Assembly (NCBI GenBank): GCA_046566045.1
Contig: JBKHXL010000063.1
Location: 21,460 to 85,459, forward strand
Direction: 5' to 3'
DNA: 64,000 bases
From: Candidatus Limnocylindria bacterium
GTDB taxonomy: Bacteria > Chloroflexota > Limnocylindria > Limnocylindrales > CSP1-4
Below, piece after piece: positions 37,483 to 46,951 of the stretch. Position 1 is the stretch's first letter. Each line of letters begins with the position of its first letter. A program made the translations under genes and the position numbers. Below the pieces are notes generated by a model. The model did no database searches. It saw only the letters and a program-made list of their open reading frames with translations, and had not been told where the DNA came from.

Positions 37483-37824
37483 GTGACGGACGCTCGACCG
37501 GCGGACGCCGGCGGCCTGCGCGCCCGGCTGCTCGAGGAGGGCCTCGACCCGGGCGCGTGGTCCAACGGCCCGCACGACCGCTACAGCGCCCACGAGCACG
37601 CCTACGACAAGGTCATCGTCGTCGCGGCGGGCTCGATCCGGTTCGGGCTGCCGGGCGCGCCGGACGGCGCGATCGACCTCGCCGTGGGCGATCGCCTCGA
37701 GCTCCCCGCAGCGACGGCGCACGATGCCGTGGTCGGCGCCGACGGGGTGACCTGTCTCGAGGCGCACCTGCCCGCGGGCCGGGTCGGCGGCCGCCCCCGA
37801 CGGATCGCGGCGGGGCACTGGTGA
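37483..37824 (+). CDS. Cupin-domain protein
   Basis: YSAHEH.YDKV, GDRLELPAATAHDA. Confidence 0.85.
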   Translation: MTDARPADAGGLRARLLEEGLDPGAWSNGPHDRYSAHEHAYDKVIVVAAGSIRFGLPGAPDGAIDLAVGDRLELPAATAHDAVVGADGVTCLEAHLPAGRVGGRPRRIAAGHW

Positions 37825-37832
37825 GCGTCGGA

Positions 37833-37860
37833 CGAAACCGATGTGGCAGCGCCGGACGTA
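37833..37860 (+). promoter_or_regulatory. Possible autoregulatory ECF promoter
   Basis: GAAACC ... CGTA immediately before the sigma ATG; spacing of 17-18 nt is slightly long. Confidence 0.35.
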
Positions 37861-37864
37861 TCGG

Positions 37865-38521
37865 ATGACAGGGACGGTCGCGGACCGGTCCGGCGACGCC
37901 GCCCTCATGCTCGAGGTCGCGGCCGGATCGGAATCGGCCCTGGCCGCGCTCTATGACCGACATGCCGACGCGATCTTCGCGGCGGCGCGCCGGTCGACGT
38001 CGGACGGGGGGCTTGCCGAGGAGGTCGTGCAGGAGACGTTCCTGGCGCTGTGGGATCGTGCCGACCGCTTCGACCCGACGATGGGATCGCTGGCGTCGTG
38101 GCTGCACGCCATCGCGCGCAATCGGATGATCGACCGCCTCCGGGCGGCGGGTCGTCGGCCGACCCTGGTGCCGCTGTCCGGGACGGCGCCGGGCGGCGAG
38201 GCGGCCGACGCCGATACGCTCGAATGGGTCCTCCACGCGGGATCGATGGTGGCCGCCGGCGTGCCGACGGCCGCACCGGATGCGGCCGCGGTCCTGGGCG
38301 AGCTCCGCCGCGAACTGCAGGGCGCGGTCGCGGCGATGCCCGAGGACGAGCGGACGGTGATCGTGCTGGCCTACGGCGACGACCTGAGCCAGGCGGAGAT
38401 CGCCGAGCGCCTCGGATGGCCGCTCGGCACGGTGAAGACGAGGACGCGTCGCGCGCTCGGCCGGCTGCGACGCGTCCTGGACGAACGGGACCTGCGACCG
38501 ATGCTGGATCGACGCGATTGA
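37865..38521 (+). CDS. ECF sigma factor (SigK-like)
   Basis: EEVVQETFLALW, WLHAIARNRMID, LAYGDDLSQAEIA..LG.PLGTVKTR. Confidence 0.93.
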   Translation: MTGTVADRSGDAALMLEVAAGSESALAALYDRHADAIFAAARRSTSDGGLAEEVVQETFLALWDRADRFDPTMGSLASWLHAIARNRMIDRLRAAGRRPTLVPLSGTAPGGEAADADTLEWVLHAGSMVAAGVPTAAPDAAAVLGELRRELQGAVAAMPEDERTVIVLAYGDDLSQAEIAERLGWPLGTVKTRTRRALGRLRRVLDERDLRPMLDRRD

Positions 38522-39348
38522 TGGATCACGACGACGCACTCGAAGCGCTGGAGATCGCCGCGCTGGAGCAGGGCGGCCTCGACCGGCTGATGGCCGGGGA
38601 TACGCCCACGGCCGTCGCGGTCGCCGGGCACGTGGCGGGCTGCCCGGACTGCGTGGCCACGCTCGAGCGGCTGCGCGTGCAGGTGCCGCTCCTGCGCGAT
38701 GTCATCCGGACGACGCCGCCGGCCGACCTGCGGGCGCGCACGCTCGATCTCGTCGCCGCCCGTGGGATCGCGCGAGGGTCGCGGGCGCCACGTGCACCCG
38801 AGGTCGCGCCCGCCGGCCCCGGCGTCGCACCCCGCGCCGCGCGGGCGACCGCGCTGGCCCGCTGGGGCTGGCTCGGCGGGATCGCGGCGGCCGTCATCCT
38901 CTCGGTCGTCGCGACGACGGCGCTGGTCGGCACCCGGCTGGACGACGAGCTGGCCGGGCGGGACGCCGCCATCGCCCAGCTCGGGGCGGTCGTGGCGGCC
39001 ACGCTCGCGGTCACCGCGGAGCCGGACGCGATGCGCGTCCGCCTGGTGGCCACGGACGGGTCGGCCACGGCCGGGACCCTGCTGTTCTCGCCCTCGACGA
39101 CCGAGCTCGTGGTGGTCGCGACCGACCTCGACGCGCCGCCGGCCGGCCGCGAGTATCGCTGCTGGGTCCAGCGCGACGGCGAGCGGCAGCCCGTCGGCCG
39201 GATGTTCTTCGGTGGCGACCTCGCCTACTGGATCGGGCCCGTGCCGGCCCTCGCGGGGCTGACCGGTGGGGCCACCTTCGGGGTCTCGCTGGTGGACGTC
39301 GCGGGCGGCACGCTCGACCCCGATCCGGTGATCGCCGGAGACCTTTAG
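38521..39348 (+). CDS. Anti-sigma factor (RskA-like, zinc finger + TM + periplasmic domain)
   Basis: HVAGCPDC (HxxxCxxC), one TM helix, RskA-type C-terminal beta domain; TGATG coupling. Confidence 0.85.
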   Translation: MDHDDALEALEIAALEQGGLDRLMAGDTPTAVAVAGHVAGCPDCVATLERLRVQVPLLRDVIRTTPPADLRARTLDLVAARGIARGSRAPRAPEVAPAGPGVAPRAARATALARWGWLGGIAAAVILSVVATTALVGTRLDDELAGRDAAIAQLGAVVAATLAVTAEPDAMRVRLVATDGSATAGTLLFSPSTTELVVVATDLDAPPAGREYRCWVQRDGERQPVGRMFFGGDLAYWIGPVPALAGLTGGATFGVSLVDVAGGTLDPDPVIAGDL

Positions 39349-39695
39349 GCGGAGGACCCCGAGGCGGGGTCGGCGTTCTCGTCGCTGCCGGGCGTCCTGG
39401 CCAGTCCGGGATGGGGCATCGCACCGGGTCCAGGGCCATCCCGGTCCTCCGGCGCACGCGGCCCGGTCGTGGCCAGGTACGCCGCGTGCAACTCGAGCAC
39501 CCGCTCGGCCACGGCCGCCGAGACCGGCCTGCCCTCCTCCGTGAGGATGTCGGCGATCCAGCCGGCCTCGACCCGGCGCTCCGCTGCGCCGACGGCGTCC
39601 TCGTCGCGCCGGATGTCGAGCAGGACGAACCAGACCAACCCGCCACCCACGACGAGCCCCACGATCAGCAGCCACCAGTCGAATCCGGCGTTCAC
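39345..39695 (-). CDS. Hypothetical membrane protein
   Basis: N-terminal TM (FDWWLLIVGLVVGGGLVWFV); leaderless TATCCT-8nt-GTG. Confidence 0.7.
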   Translation of the reverse strand: MNAGFDWWLLIVGLVVGGGLVWFVLLDIRRDEDAVGAAERRVEAGWIADILTEEGRPVSAAVAERVLELHAAYLATTGPRAPEDRDGPGPGAMPHPGLARTPGSDENADPASGSSA

Positions 39696-39786
39696 CGCCG
39701 GGAAGGATAGCCGAGCGGTCGAGCTGGCCGCATCGACGTGACCCGGCCCACGCTGGCCGTGCGGCGCTGCGGCTACACTTCCGCGG

Positions 39787-40806
39787 ATGTTCACGACCAC
39801 CCCGGACCCCATCGCCCTGACCATCGGCCCGCTGTCCATCGGCTGGTACGGCCTCGGCTACGCCGTCGGCCTGGCGGCCGTCTACCTGCTGCTGACCTGG
39901 CTCGCCAGGCGGGCCGGCGAGGACCCCGAGCTGATCGGCAACGGGATCATCATCGTCGCGATCGTGGCCCTCATCGGTGGGCGCCTGTACCACGTCATCG
40001 ACCAGTGGCAGCTGTACGCGGCCGATCCGCTCAGGATCATCCTGCCGCCCTACTCCGGGCTCGGCGTCTACGGCGGCCTGGCGACCGGGATCGTCGCGGT
40101 CGCGCTCATCACCCGGGCGAAGGGGGTCTCCTTCTGGCGCTGGGCGGACGTGATCGTCCCGTCGCTGTTCCTGATGCAGGCGATCGCCCGCTGGGGCAAC
40201 TACTTCAACCAGGAGCTGTACGGGCCGCCGACCACCCTGCCGTGGGGCATCCCGATCGACTGCGAGCGCCGCATCAGCGCCTACGCCTGCGATCTACTCC
40301 CGTTCGAGACCACGCGCTTCCACCCGCTCTTCCTGTACGAGTCGCTGTCCGGCGTCATCGGCGTGCTCGCCCTGCTCTGGATCGGCTTCCGGTTCCGCGA
40401 CCGGCTGCGACCCGGCGACATCGCCGGCATCTTCTTCATCTGGTATGCCACGGTCCGCTTCGCCCTGGAGAGCCTGCGCGAGGACAACTGGGTCGCCTTC
40501 GGGATCCCCGTCGCCCAGCTCGTCAGCGTGCTGTTCATCGTCGTGACGGCGGCCATCCTGCTGTGGCGCCATCGATCCGGCGCTGCCGACAACGACCGGC
40601 CGCCGTCGATCCCGGGCGTGGCCACGTGGGGCGCCATCGGACCGAATGACTGGCAGCAGCGGCCGATCTCGGAGCCCTGGGCGGTGGCCGCCGAGCGCGA
40701 TCCGTTCGACGACGATGACGAGACGGATCCGTTCGACGACAGCGAGGCCGGGCCGGACGGGGATGGCGGGCCGGACGATCGGGAGGCGGCGCGCACGACA
40801 CCGTGA
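39787..40806 (+). CDS. lgt: Prolipoprotein diacylglyceryl transferase
   Basis: IGWYG, GGRLYHV, ARWGNYFNQELYG signature, LPWGI, HPLFLYES; leaderless TACACT-7nt-ATG. Confidence 0.93.
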   Translation: MFTTTPDPIALTIGPLSIGWYGLGYAVGLAAVYLLLTWLARRAGEDPELIGNGIIIVAIVALIGGRLYHVIDQWQLYAADPLRIILPPYSGLGVYGGLATGIVAVALITRAKGVSFWRWADVIVPSLFLMQAIARWGNYFNQELYGPPTTLPWGIPIDCERRISAYACDLLPFETTRFHPLFLYESLSGVIGVLALLWIGFRFRDRLRPGDIAGIFFIWYATVRFALESLREDNWVAFGIPVAQLVSVLFIVVTAAILLWRHRSGAADNDRPPSIPGVATWGAIGPNDWQQRPISEPWAVAAERDPFDDDDETDPFDDSEAGPDGDGGPDDREAARTTP

Positions 40807-41732
40807 CCGTGACGCCGGACGACGATCCGCGCCGACCCGAGGCGGCGCCTCCCGTCACGCCCCGTCCGCCCCGTCCGCCCCGGCGGCCACCTCCCGGTCG
40901 GATCAGTCCGCAGGCGCTCGCGGCGGCTCGCGGCGGCGCCAGGGAGGGCCTGGACTGGCTGGGCCGCCCACCCGAGGCGCACGCGTCGCTGCTCTACCGA
41001 GTGGTCCGGCTGCTCGTGCGGTTCGTGGCGTTCGGCCTCCTGCGGTTCCGCATCCGGACGTCCGGCCAGGAGCACCTGCCGGCGGGCGGCTACGTCCTCG
41101 TGGCGGCCGCCCATCGAGGCTGGATGGACCCGTTCGTCGTGCTGCACGCCCTCCCGCCCACGCCCCGGGCCTGGTTCCTCGGGAGCGGCCCGTCCACGTT
41201 CACGGCGCGCTGGCGCGAGGTGCTCATCCACCGCCTCGGCGGCCTGCTGCCGGTATGGCGCGGCGGCGTCGGCATCGAGCAGCACGTGGTGTCGGCGCGG
41301 GCGGTCATCGGCAACGGCGCCGTGTTCGCCCAGATGCCGGAGGGGACCGTCAGCGGCCCGCCGGGACGGATCGGGGTGATGCGCACCGGCTGGGCCATCA
41401 TCGCCATGCGCGTCGACGCGCCGATCGTGCCCCTGGCGATGGCCGGCACCGAGGAGCTGTACGTCGGACGCCGGATGGCCTCGCAGGTCCTGCCGCCGAC
41501 GACCGCGCACGAGCTCGCCGGCCTGCCGGCGGGCGAGCCCTTCCCGGCGCCCGGTTCCCGCGCGGAGCTGGCCATGGCCCGGGTGATGACCGACGCGCTC
41601 GCGGCCCGCCTCGGCCCCGTCGTCGAGGCGCTCCATCCCGAGACCGTCGACCCGCCCGACCATCCTCGTCGGTTGCGCCGCCGGCTCACCTGGCTGCTGC
41701 TGCGGCCCGGCCGCCTCGACCGGGGCGACTAG
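40803..41732 (+). CDS. plsC: 1-acyl-sn-glycerol-3-phosphate acyltransferase family
   Basis: HxxxxD (AHRGWMD), MPEGT, IVPLAMAG; overlaps the lgt stop. Confidence 0.82.
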   Translation: MTVTPDDDPRRPEAAPPVTPRPPRPPRRPPPGRISPQALAAARGGAREGLDWLGRPPEAHASLLYRVVRLLVRFVAFGLLRFRIRTSGQEHLPAGGYVLVAAAHRGWMDPFVVLHALPPTPRAWFLGSGPSTFTARWREVLIHRLGGLLPVWRGGVGIEQHVVSARAVIGNGAVFAQMPEGTVSGPPGRIGVMRTGWAIIAMRVDAPIVPLAMAGTEELYVGRRMASQVLPPTTAHELAGLPAGEPFPAPGSRAELAMARVMTDALAARLGPVVEALHPETVDPPDHPRRLRRRLTWLLLRPGRLDRGD

Positions 41733-41781
41733 CACCGGCCCGGCCCCGGCTGCCGGCGGCCCGCCCCTATACTCGGCCGCG

Positions 41782-43212
41782 ATGCAGTACGCCGAGTCCA
41801 TCCTCGATCTCGTCGGGAACACGCCGCTCATCCGGATCACCCGCCTGGTCCGTGACCTGGGCCCGATGGAGCGCCAGCCGCTCCTCCTGGCCAAGCTCGA
41901 GATGCTCAATCCGGGTGGCTCGGTCAAGGATCGCATCGGCCTGCCGATGATCGAGGCGGCCGAGCGAGCCGGCCTGCTCGAGCCCGGCGGCACGATCATC
42001 GAGCCGACCAGCGGCAACACCGGGCACGGTCTGGCCATCGCCGCTGCCCTGAAAGGCTACCGCTGCATCTTCGTCATGGCCGACAAGCAGTCGGTCGAGA
42101 AGCAGTCGCTGCTGCGGGCCTACGGCGCCGAGGTGGTGCTCTGCCCGACCAACGTCCCGCCCGAATCGCCGGAGAGCTACTACAGCGTGGCCGCCCGCCT
42201 TGCCCGCGACATCCCCGGGGCGTTCAAGCCGGACCAGTACTGGAACCCGGAGAACCCGGCCGCCCACGAGCGGACGACCGGCCCCGAGCTGTGGGCGCAG
42301 ACCGACGGCCGCATCACGCACTTCGTGGCGAGCGTCGGCACGGGCGGCACGATCTCCGGCACGGCGCACGTCCTCAAGGAGCGGAACCCGTCGATCCGGA
42401 TCGTCGGCGCCGACCCGGAGGGGTCCGTGCTGTCCGGCGACACCGCCCGGCCGTACCTGACCGAGGGCGTCGGCGAGGATTTCTTCCCTGGCACGTACGA
42501 CCCCGCGGTCATCGATCGCTGGGTCCGCGTCAGCGACGCCGACGCGTTCGCCATGGCCCGGCGCCTGACCCGCGAGGAGGGGATCTTGAGCGGTGGCTCG
42601 TGCGGGACCGCGATGGCCGCCGCGCGCGAGGTCGTGCGCGACCTGACCGCCACGGACGGTGGCCATGAGGCGGTCGTGGTGGTGCTCCTGCCAGACACGG
42701 GCCGGAACTACCTCTCGAAGCTGTACAACGACGAGTGGCTGCGGGTGAACGGCCTCCTTGCCACGACGGGCGCGACCACGCGCATCGAGGCGCTGCTCGC
42801 CGCCCGGCACCACGGTCCGGACATGCCGTCCGTCATCGTGGCGCGCACGACGGAGCGGGTCGGCGACGCCATCGCGACGCTCCAGGAGTACGGCATCAGT
42901 CAGCTCCCGGTCTCGGAGGAGCCGGAGGGCGACGACGTGTCGGGCCTCGTCGGCTCGATCAGCGAGAAGGGCCTGCTCGATCGCGCGTACCGGGATCCGT
43001 CGGTCGTGGAGCGCACCGTCGGCGAGGTCATGGACGCGCCGTTGCCGCTGGTCGCCGCCTCGGCCACGCTGGACGATGCCTTCGCCCTGTTGTCAGGTGG
43101 CACGGTCTCGGCCGTGGTCGCGGTCCGCGGCGAGCGCCCGGCCGGCGTCGTCACCAAGCTCGACCTGCTGGAGTACCTGGCGCATCGGCCGCCCGGATCG
43201 TCCGGGGCCTGA
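41782..43212 (+). CDS. cbs: Cystathionine beta-synthase with C-terminal CBS domains
   Basis: NPGGSVKDR (PLP Lys), TSGNTG, PDQYWN, GTGGT, EGVGEDF; C-terminal CBS pair; leaderless TATACT-8nt-ATG. Confidence 0.93.
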   Translation: MQYAESILDLVGNTPLIRITRLVRDLGPMERQPLLLAKLEMLNPGGSVKDRIGLPMIEAAERAGLLEPGGTIIEPTSGNTGHGLAIAAALKGYRCIFVMADKQSVEKQSLLRAYGAEVVLCPTNVPPESPESYYSVAARLARDIPGAFKPDQYWNPENPAAHERTTGPELWAQTDGRITHFVASVGTGGTISGTAHVLKERNPSIRIVGADPEGSVLSGDTARPYLTEGVGEDFFPGTYDPAVIDRWVRVSDADAFAMARRLTREEGILSGGSCGTAMAAAREVVRDLTATDGGHEAVVVVLLPDTGRNYLSKLYNDEWLRVNGLLATTGATTRIEALLAARHHGPDMPSVIVARTTERVGDAIATLQEYGISQLPVSEEPEGDDVSGLVGSISEKGLLDRAYRDPSVVERTVGEVMDAPLPLVAASATLDDAFALLSGGTVSAVVAVRGERPAGVVTKLDLLEYLAHRPPGSSGA

Positions 43213-43298
43213 ACGCGCGGCCCGCGCGGGCCGCCGCCCGTCGCCACGCCGGCCGGGGCCGACGCCGGCCGAGACAGACACCCGGCTACCATGCGGTC

Positions 43299-44453
43299 AT
43301 GCGAGCTGACGACATCGAGCGCGACCCAAGCTTCGACACCCTGGCGGTCCACGCCGGCGCGGAACCGGACGAGCTGACCGGCGCCGTCGCGCCGCCGATC
43401 TACCAGACCTCCACCTTCCGCCAGGACGGCGTGGCCAGCCCGCGCGGCGGCTACGAGTACGCCCGCTCGCAGAACCCGACGCGCGAGCGCCTCGAACGCG
43501 CCGTCGCCGCCCTCGAGGGCGGCCGCCACGGCATCGCCTTCGCCAGCGGTTCGGCCGCGACGGCGGCCATCGCCGAGCTCATCGGGCCGGGCGAGAGCGT
43601 CGTCGTCGGGGACGACGTGTACGGCGGCACGTACCGGTACCTGGAGCAGGTCCGCAAGCCCGGGGCCGGCATCGACACCGCCTTCGTCGACCTGTCCGGC
43701 GATCTCGACGCGCTCTGGGAAGCCGTCACAGCGAAGACCCGGCTGGTCTGGTTCGAGACACCCTCGAACCCCCTGCTCAAGGTCGTCGACATCGGGGCCG
43801 TGCGCGAGGTGCTCGACCGGCGGGCGGCGGAGGGGGGCGGTCGACCGCACCTGGTGGTGGACAACACGTTCGCCTCGCCGGCCCTGCAGCGTCCGCTGGC
43901 CGAGGGCGCCGACATCGTCTTCCACTCGGCGACGAAGTACCTGGCCGGCCACTCGGACACGATCCTCGGGATCGCCGTCACCGACGACGATGCCATCGCG
44001 GCCCGCCTGCGCTTCCTGCAGAACGCCATGGGCGGCGTGCCCGGACCGCTCGACTGCTTCCTGGTCCTGCGCGGCCTGCGCACCCTGCACCTGCGCATGG
44101 AGCGGCACACGGCCAACGCCCGGGCCGTCGCGGCGTTCCTGCGCGAGCGCCCGGACGTGGCCGCGGTGCGCTACCCGGGGACCGGCGGGATGGTCTCGTT
44201 CACGCCGGCCGCGTCGAGCGAGCGTGCCGCCGCGGATCGGGCCATCGTCATCGCCGAGTCGACCCGCCTCTTCACGCTCGCCGAATCGCTCGGCGGCGTG
44301 GAGTCGCTCATCGAGGTGCCGGCCGCGATGACCCACGCCTCGGTCGCCGAGTCGGCGCTCGAGGTCGACCCGGCGCTCATCCGGCTGTCGGTCGGCATCG
44401 AGGGCATCGACGACCTCATCGGTGACCTGGGCCAGGCGCTCGACCGCGCCTGA
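43299..44453 (+). CDS. Cystathionine gamma-lyase/synthase
   Basis: PIYQTSTF, YARSQNPTR, YGGTYR, ETPSNP, VDNTFASP, HSATKYLAGHSD, ESLGGVESL; leaderless TACCAT-6nt-ATG. Confidence 0.93.
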   Translation: MRADDIERDPSFDTLAVHAGAEPDELTGAVAPPIYQTSTFRQDGVASPRGGYEYARSQNPTRERLERAVAALEGGRHGIAFASGSAATAAIAELIGPGESVVVGDDVYGGTYRYLEQVRKPGAGIDTAFVDLSGDLDALWEAVTAKTRLVWFETPSNPLLKVVDIGAVREVLDRRAAEGGGRPHLVVDNTFASPALQRPLAEGADIVFHSATKYLAGHSDTILGIAVTDDDAIAARLRFLQNAMGGVPGPLDCFLVLRGLRTLHLRMERHTANARAVAAFLRERPDVAAVRYPGTGGMVSFTPAASSERAAADRAIVIAESTRLFTLAESLGGVESLIEVPAAMTHASVAESALEVDPALIRLSVGIEGIDDLIGDLGQALDRA

Positions 44454-44477
44454 CGGCGGCCTCGCCTCCAGGCGACG

Positions 44478-45080
44478 TCAGCGCGAGGCCCTGAAGAGCA
44501 CGAAGCCACCGGCCAGCAAGAGCGCGATCGAGCCGGCCGCGATCAGGACCGGCAGCACGGGACTCGTCCTCGGCGCGGCCGCGGCCATGGGCAGGGGATC
44601 GGGCATCGGTCGTCCGACCAGCATGTAGACATCGGCGATCGTCACCGTCTCGATACCGATGCGCTGCGGCGGGACGCCCTGGATCCAGGCAACGGCGTTC
44701 ACGACCTGCGGTGGCTCGAAGTCACGTCCGCCGATGGCCAGTGCGATGACGTCGCCGACCCGGCCGACGACGTACCCCGCGCACGGCTGGGACTGCACGT
44801 CCTCGAACCGCTCTTCGACGATCCGGTCGTCCTCGAGGACCGACCAGCCGCGCAGGAAGAACCGGCTCGTCCTGCCGGCTTCATCGGGCGGCGCGTCGGG
44901 ACCGGGATCGATCGCAACGACCTGTCCGATGAGCACACGGCTCGCTGTCGGGGCGGCGTTCGTGAACGACGGGTACGGGCCATCGCACTCCGCAGCGACG
45001 ACCTCGACGCGGCCGGCCGCGGCGATCGCGGCGAGGGAACCTGCGAGCACCGCCGCCCGGATCAGGCCTCCCGGCTGCAC
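44478..45080 (-). CDS. Hypothetical exported protein with a C-terminal membrane anchor (possible TIMP/NTR-like fold)
   Basis: Signal-like N-terminus, AECDGP..F..A....LIGQV, second Cys, C-terminal TM; starts 1 nt after the moaD stop. Confidence 0.6.
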   Translation of the reverse strand: MQPGGLIRAAVLAGSLAAIAAAGRVEVVAAECDGPYPSFTNAAPTASRVLIGQVVAIDPGPDAPPDEAGRTSRFFLRGWSVLEDDRIVEERFEDVQSQPCAGYVVGRVGDVIALAIGGRDFEPPQVVNAVAWIQGVPPQRIGIETVTIADVYMLVGRPMPDPLPMAAAAPRTSPVLPVLIAAGSIALLLAGGFVLFRASR

Positions 45081-45081
45081 G

Positions 45082-45354
45082 TCAGCCGCCGGCCATCGCC
45101 GGGAGGAGGACCAGCGTGTCGCCGTCGGCGACGGGCGTGTCGAGGTCCTGGAGATGGCGCACATCGGTGTCGTTGAGGAACGCGTTGACGAAGCGGTTCA
45201 GGTCGCCGTCGGGCGCGATGAGCTGCGAGGCGAGCGACGGATGGACCGCCACCAGCCCGTGGATGACCTCGCGGACGGAGCCCGCCGGTACCTCCACGGT
45301 CTTCGCGCCGCCGGTCGAGGTGCGCAGCGTCGGGGGGATGCGGACCGTGCTCAC
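45082..45354 (-). CDS. MoaD/ThiS/CysO-family ubiquitin-like sulfur carrier
   Basis: VRIPPTLR, LNRFVNAFLND.DVR, terminal AMAGG; GTGA overlap with thrC. Confidence 0.93.
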   Translation of the reverse strand: MSTVRIPPTLRTSTGGAKTVEVPAGSVREVIHGLVAVHPSLASQLIAPDGDLNRFVNAFLNDTDVRHLQDLDTPVADGDTLVLLPAMAGG

Positions 45355-46703
45355 GAGGCGTCCCCGAGCCACGCCTCGAAGGCGCTCAGGCTCGGCCGGA
45401 TGACCGGCGCCAGGCCGGGCTGGCCGGAAGCCACGCGGCCACCCTCGAGCGAGCCCTCGACCAGGCCGAGCGTGCGCGCATCGGGGGTCTTGAGCCCATT
45501 GCCGGTGATGAGCGCCACGACCTCGTCGCCGTCACGGATGACGCCCCGCCGACGAGCGGCCGCGACGGCCGCCAGGGTCACGCCGCCGGCCGTCTCCGGG
45601 TAGATGCCCTCGAGGCGCGCGACGTCGCGGATGGCCTCGGCCGTGACGACGTCCTCGATCGCCTCGATCGACCCGCCGCTCTCGCGCGCCAGTTCGACCG
45701 CGTAGCGACCGTCGGCCGGGTTGCCGATGGCCAGCGAGCGCACGATGGTGTCCGGCTCGCGGATGGGCTCGATGACGTCCGTGCCGCGCTCGAAGGCCGT
45801 CGCGACCGGGGCGCACCCGGCCGCCTGGCCGCCGACGAAGCGGATCGGGCGGCGCTCGATGAGCCCGAGCTCCGCCAGCTCCTCGAAGCCGCGCGCGACG
45901 CGGGTGAACATCGCGCCGCTGGCGACCGGGCCGACGAGCACGTCGGGCGAGCGCCACCCGAGCTGCTCGGCGATCTCGTAGGCAAGGGTCTTGGAGCCCT
46001 CGGCGTAGAACGGGCGGAGATTGATGTTGACGAAGCCCCAGCCGGTCTCGTCGGCGATCTCCAGGCACAGCCGGTTGACGTCGTCGTACGTGCCGGCGAC
46101 CGGCACCACCGTGGCCCCGTAGGCCAGCGCGTGGTCGACCTTGGCCGGCTCGAGGTCGGCCGGGATGAAGACGTAGGCGGGCAGGCCGACGGCCGCCGCG
46201 GCCGCGGCCGTGGCGCCCGCGAGGTTCCCGGTCGAGGCGCACGCGAGGGCGGGCACCCCGAACGCCACGGCCTGGGCCGCGGCCACCGCCACCGCGCGAT
46301 CCTTGAATGACAGGGAGGGGTTGCGCGTGTCGTCCTTGAGCCACAGCCGATCGACGCCCAGGACCGGGGCCAGGCGATCCGCGGCCACCAGCGGGGTGGA
46401 CCCGACGGCCAGCGACCGCGCCGGCGCCGCGTCCACGGGGAGCAGCTCCAGGTAGCGCCAGATGCCGGGCGCGCGGCGTTCGATCGCCGCTCGCGTGAAC
46501 GTCGCCCCGGCGAGGGCCAGGTCGTAGGTCACCTCGAGCGGCCCGAAACAGGCCGGACACACGTAGCTGATGGCGAGCGGCTGGGCGAGGCCGCAGTTGC
46601 GGCAGGCCATGCCCGTGATCCGCGCGCGCTCGCCGGCCATCGGCGCAGCCGGGTCGGCTGGCTGGCTGGTCGTCGTCGGGCGGGTCACGGTGGTCGCGGT
46701 CAC
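45351..46703 (-). CDS. thrC: Threonine synthase-like PLP enzyme
   Basis: N-terminal CRNC/CPAC Zn ribbon, GIWRYLELLP, SFKDR (PLP Lys), ASTGNL, NLRPFYAEGSKT, TGNGLK. Confidence 0.9.
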   Translation of the reverse strand: MTATTVTRPTTTSQPADPAAPMAGERARITGMACRNCGLAQPLAISYVCPACFGPLEVTYDLALAGATFTRAAIERRAPGIWRYLELLPVDAAPARSLAVGSTPLVAADRLAPVLGVDRLWLKDDTRNPSLSFKDRAVAVAAAQAVAFGVPALACASTGNLAGATAAAAAAVGLPAYVFIPADLEPAKVDHALAYGATVVPVAGTYDDVNRLCLEIADETGWGFVNINLRPFYAEGSKTLAYEIAEQLGWRSPDVLVGPVASGAMFTRVARGFEELAELGLIERRPIRFVGGQAAGCAPVATAFERGTDVIEPIREPDTIVRSLAIGNPADGRYAVELARESGGSIEAIEDVVTAEAIRDVARLEGIYPETAGGVTLAAVAAARRRGVIRDGDEVVALITGNGLKTPDARTLGLVEGSLEGGRVASGQPGLAPVIRPSLSAFEAWLGDAS

Positions 46704-46797
46704 GTCGGCTCTCCATGGGTGCGTCGCGGTGGCGCGGAGACCGGCGGTCGGATGGACGGGGACCCTGACGGTTCGGATCGGGGGCTCCGGAGAGTCC

Positions 46798-46901
46798 CGT
46801 ATCTCGCAGGATGACCTGCCCGGAATTGGCACCTTGCCGACGTCGCGTCGGTAGGTTGTCGTGGCGTCAGCGGGCCGGTCCCTCAGCCATCTCTTGATAC
46901 G
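46798..46901 (-). ncRNA. SAM-I (S-box) riboswitch
   Basis: Minus strand: cgtATCAAGAG..GAGGGAccGGCCC..TGA..CAACC..GGTGCCAATTCC..gcagg/cctgc P4..GAGATacg; P1 is cgtatc/gatacg. Confidence 0.92.
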
Positions 46902-46922
46902 TACTCTTCAGTTGTGGTCCGG

Positions 46923-46951
46923 ATGCTAGGGCCTCGTGCGCGTGTCGTCAA
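46923..46951 (-). promoter_or_regulatory. Sigma70-type promoter of the SAM-I/thrC operon
   Basis: TTGACG-17nt-TAGCAT on the minus strand. Confidence 0.75.
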
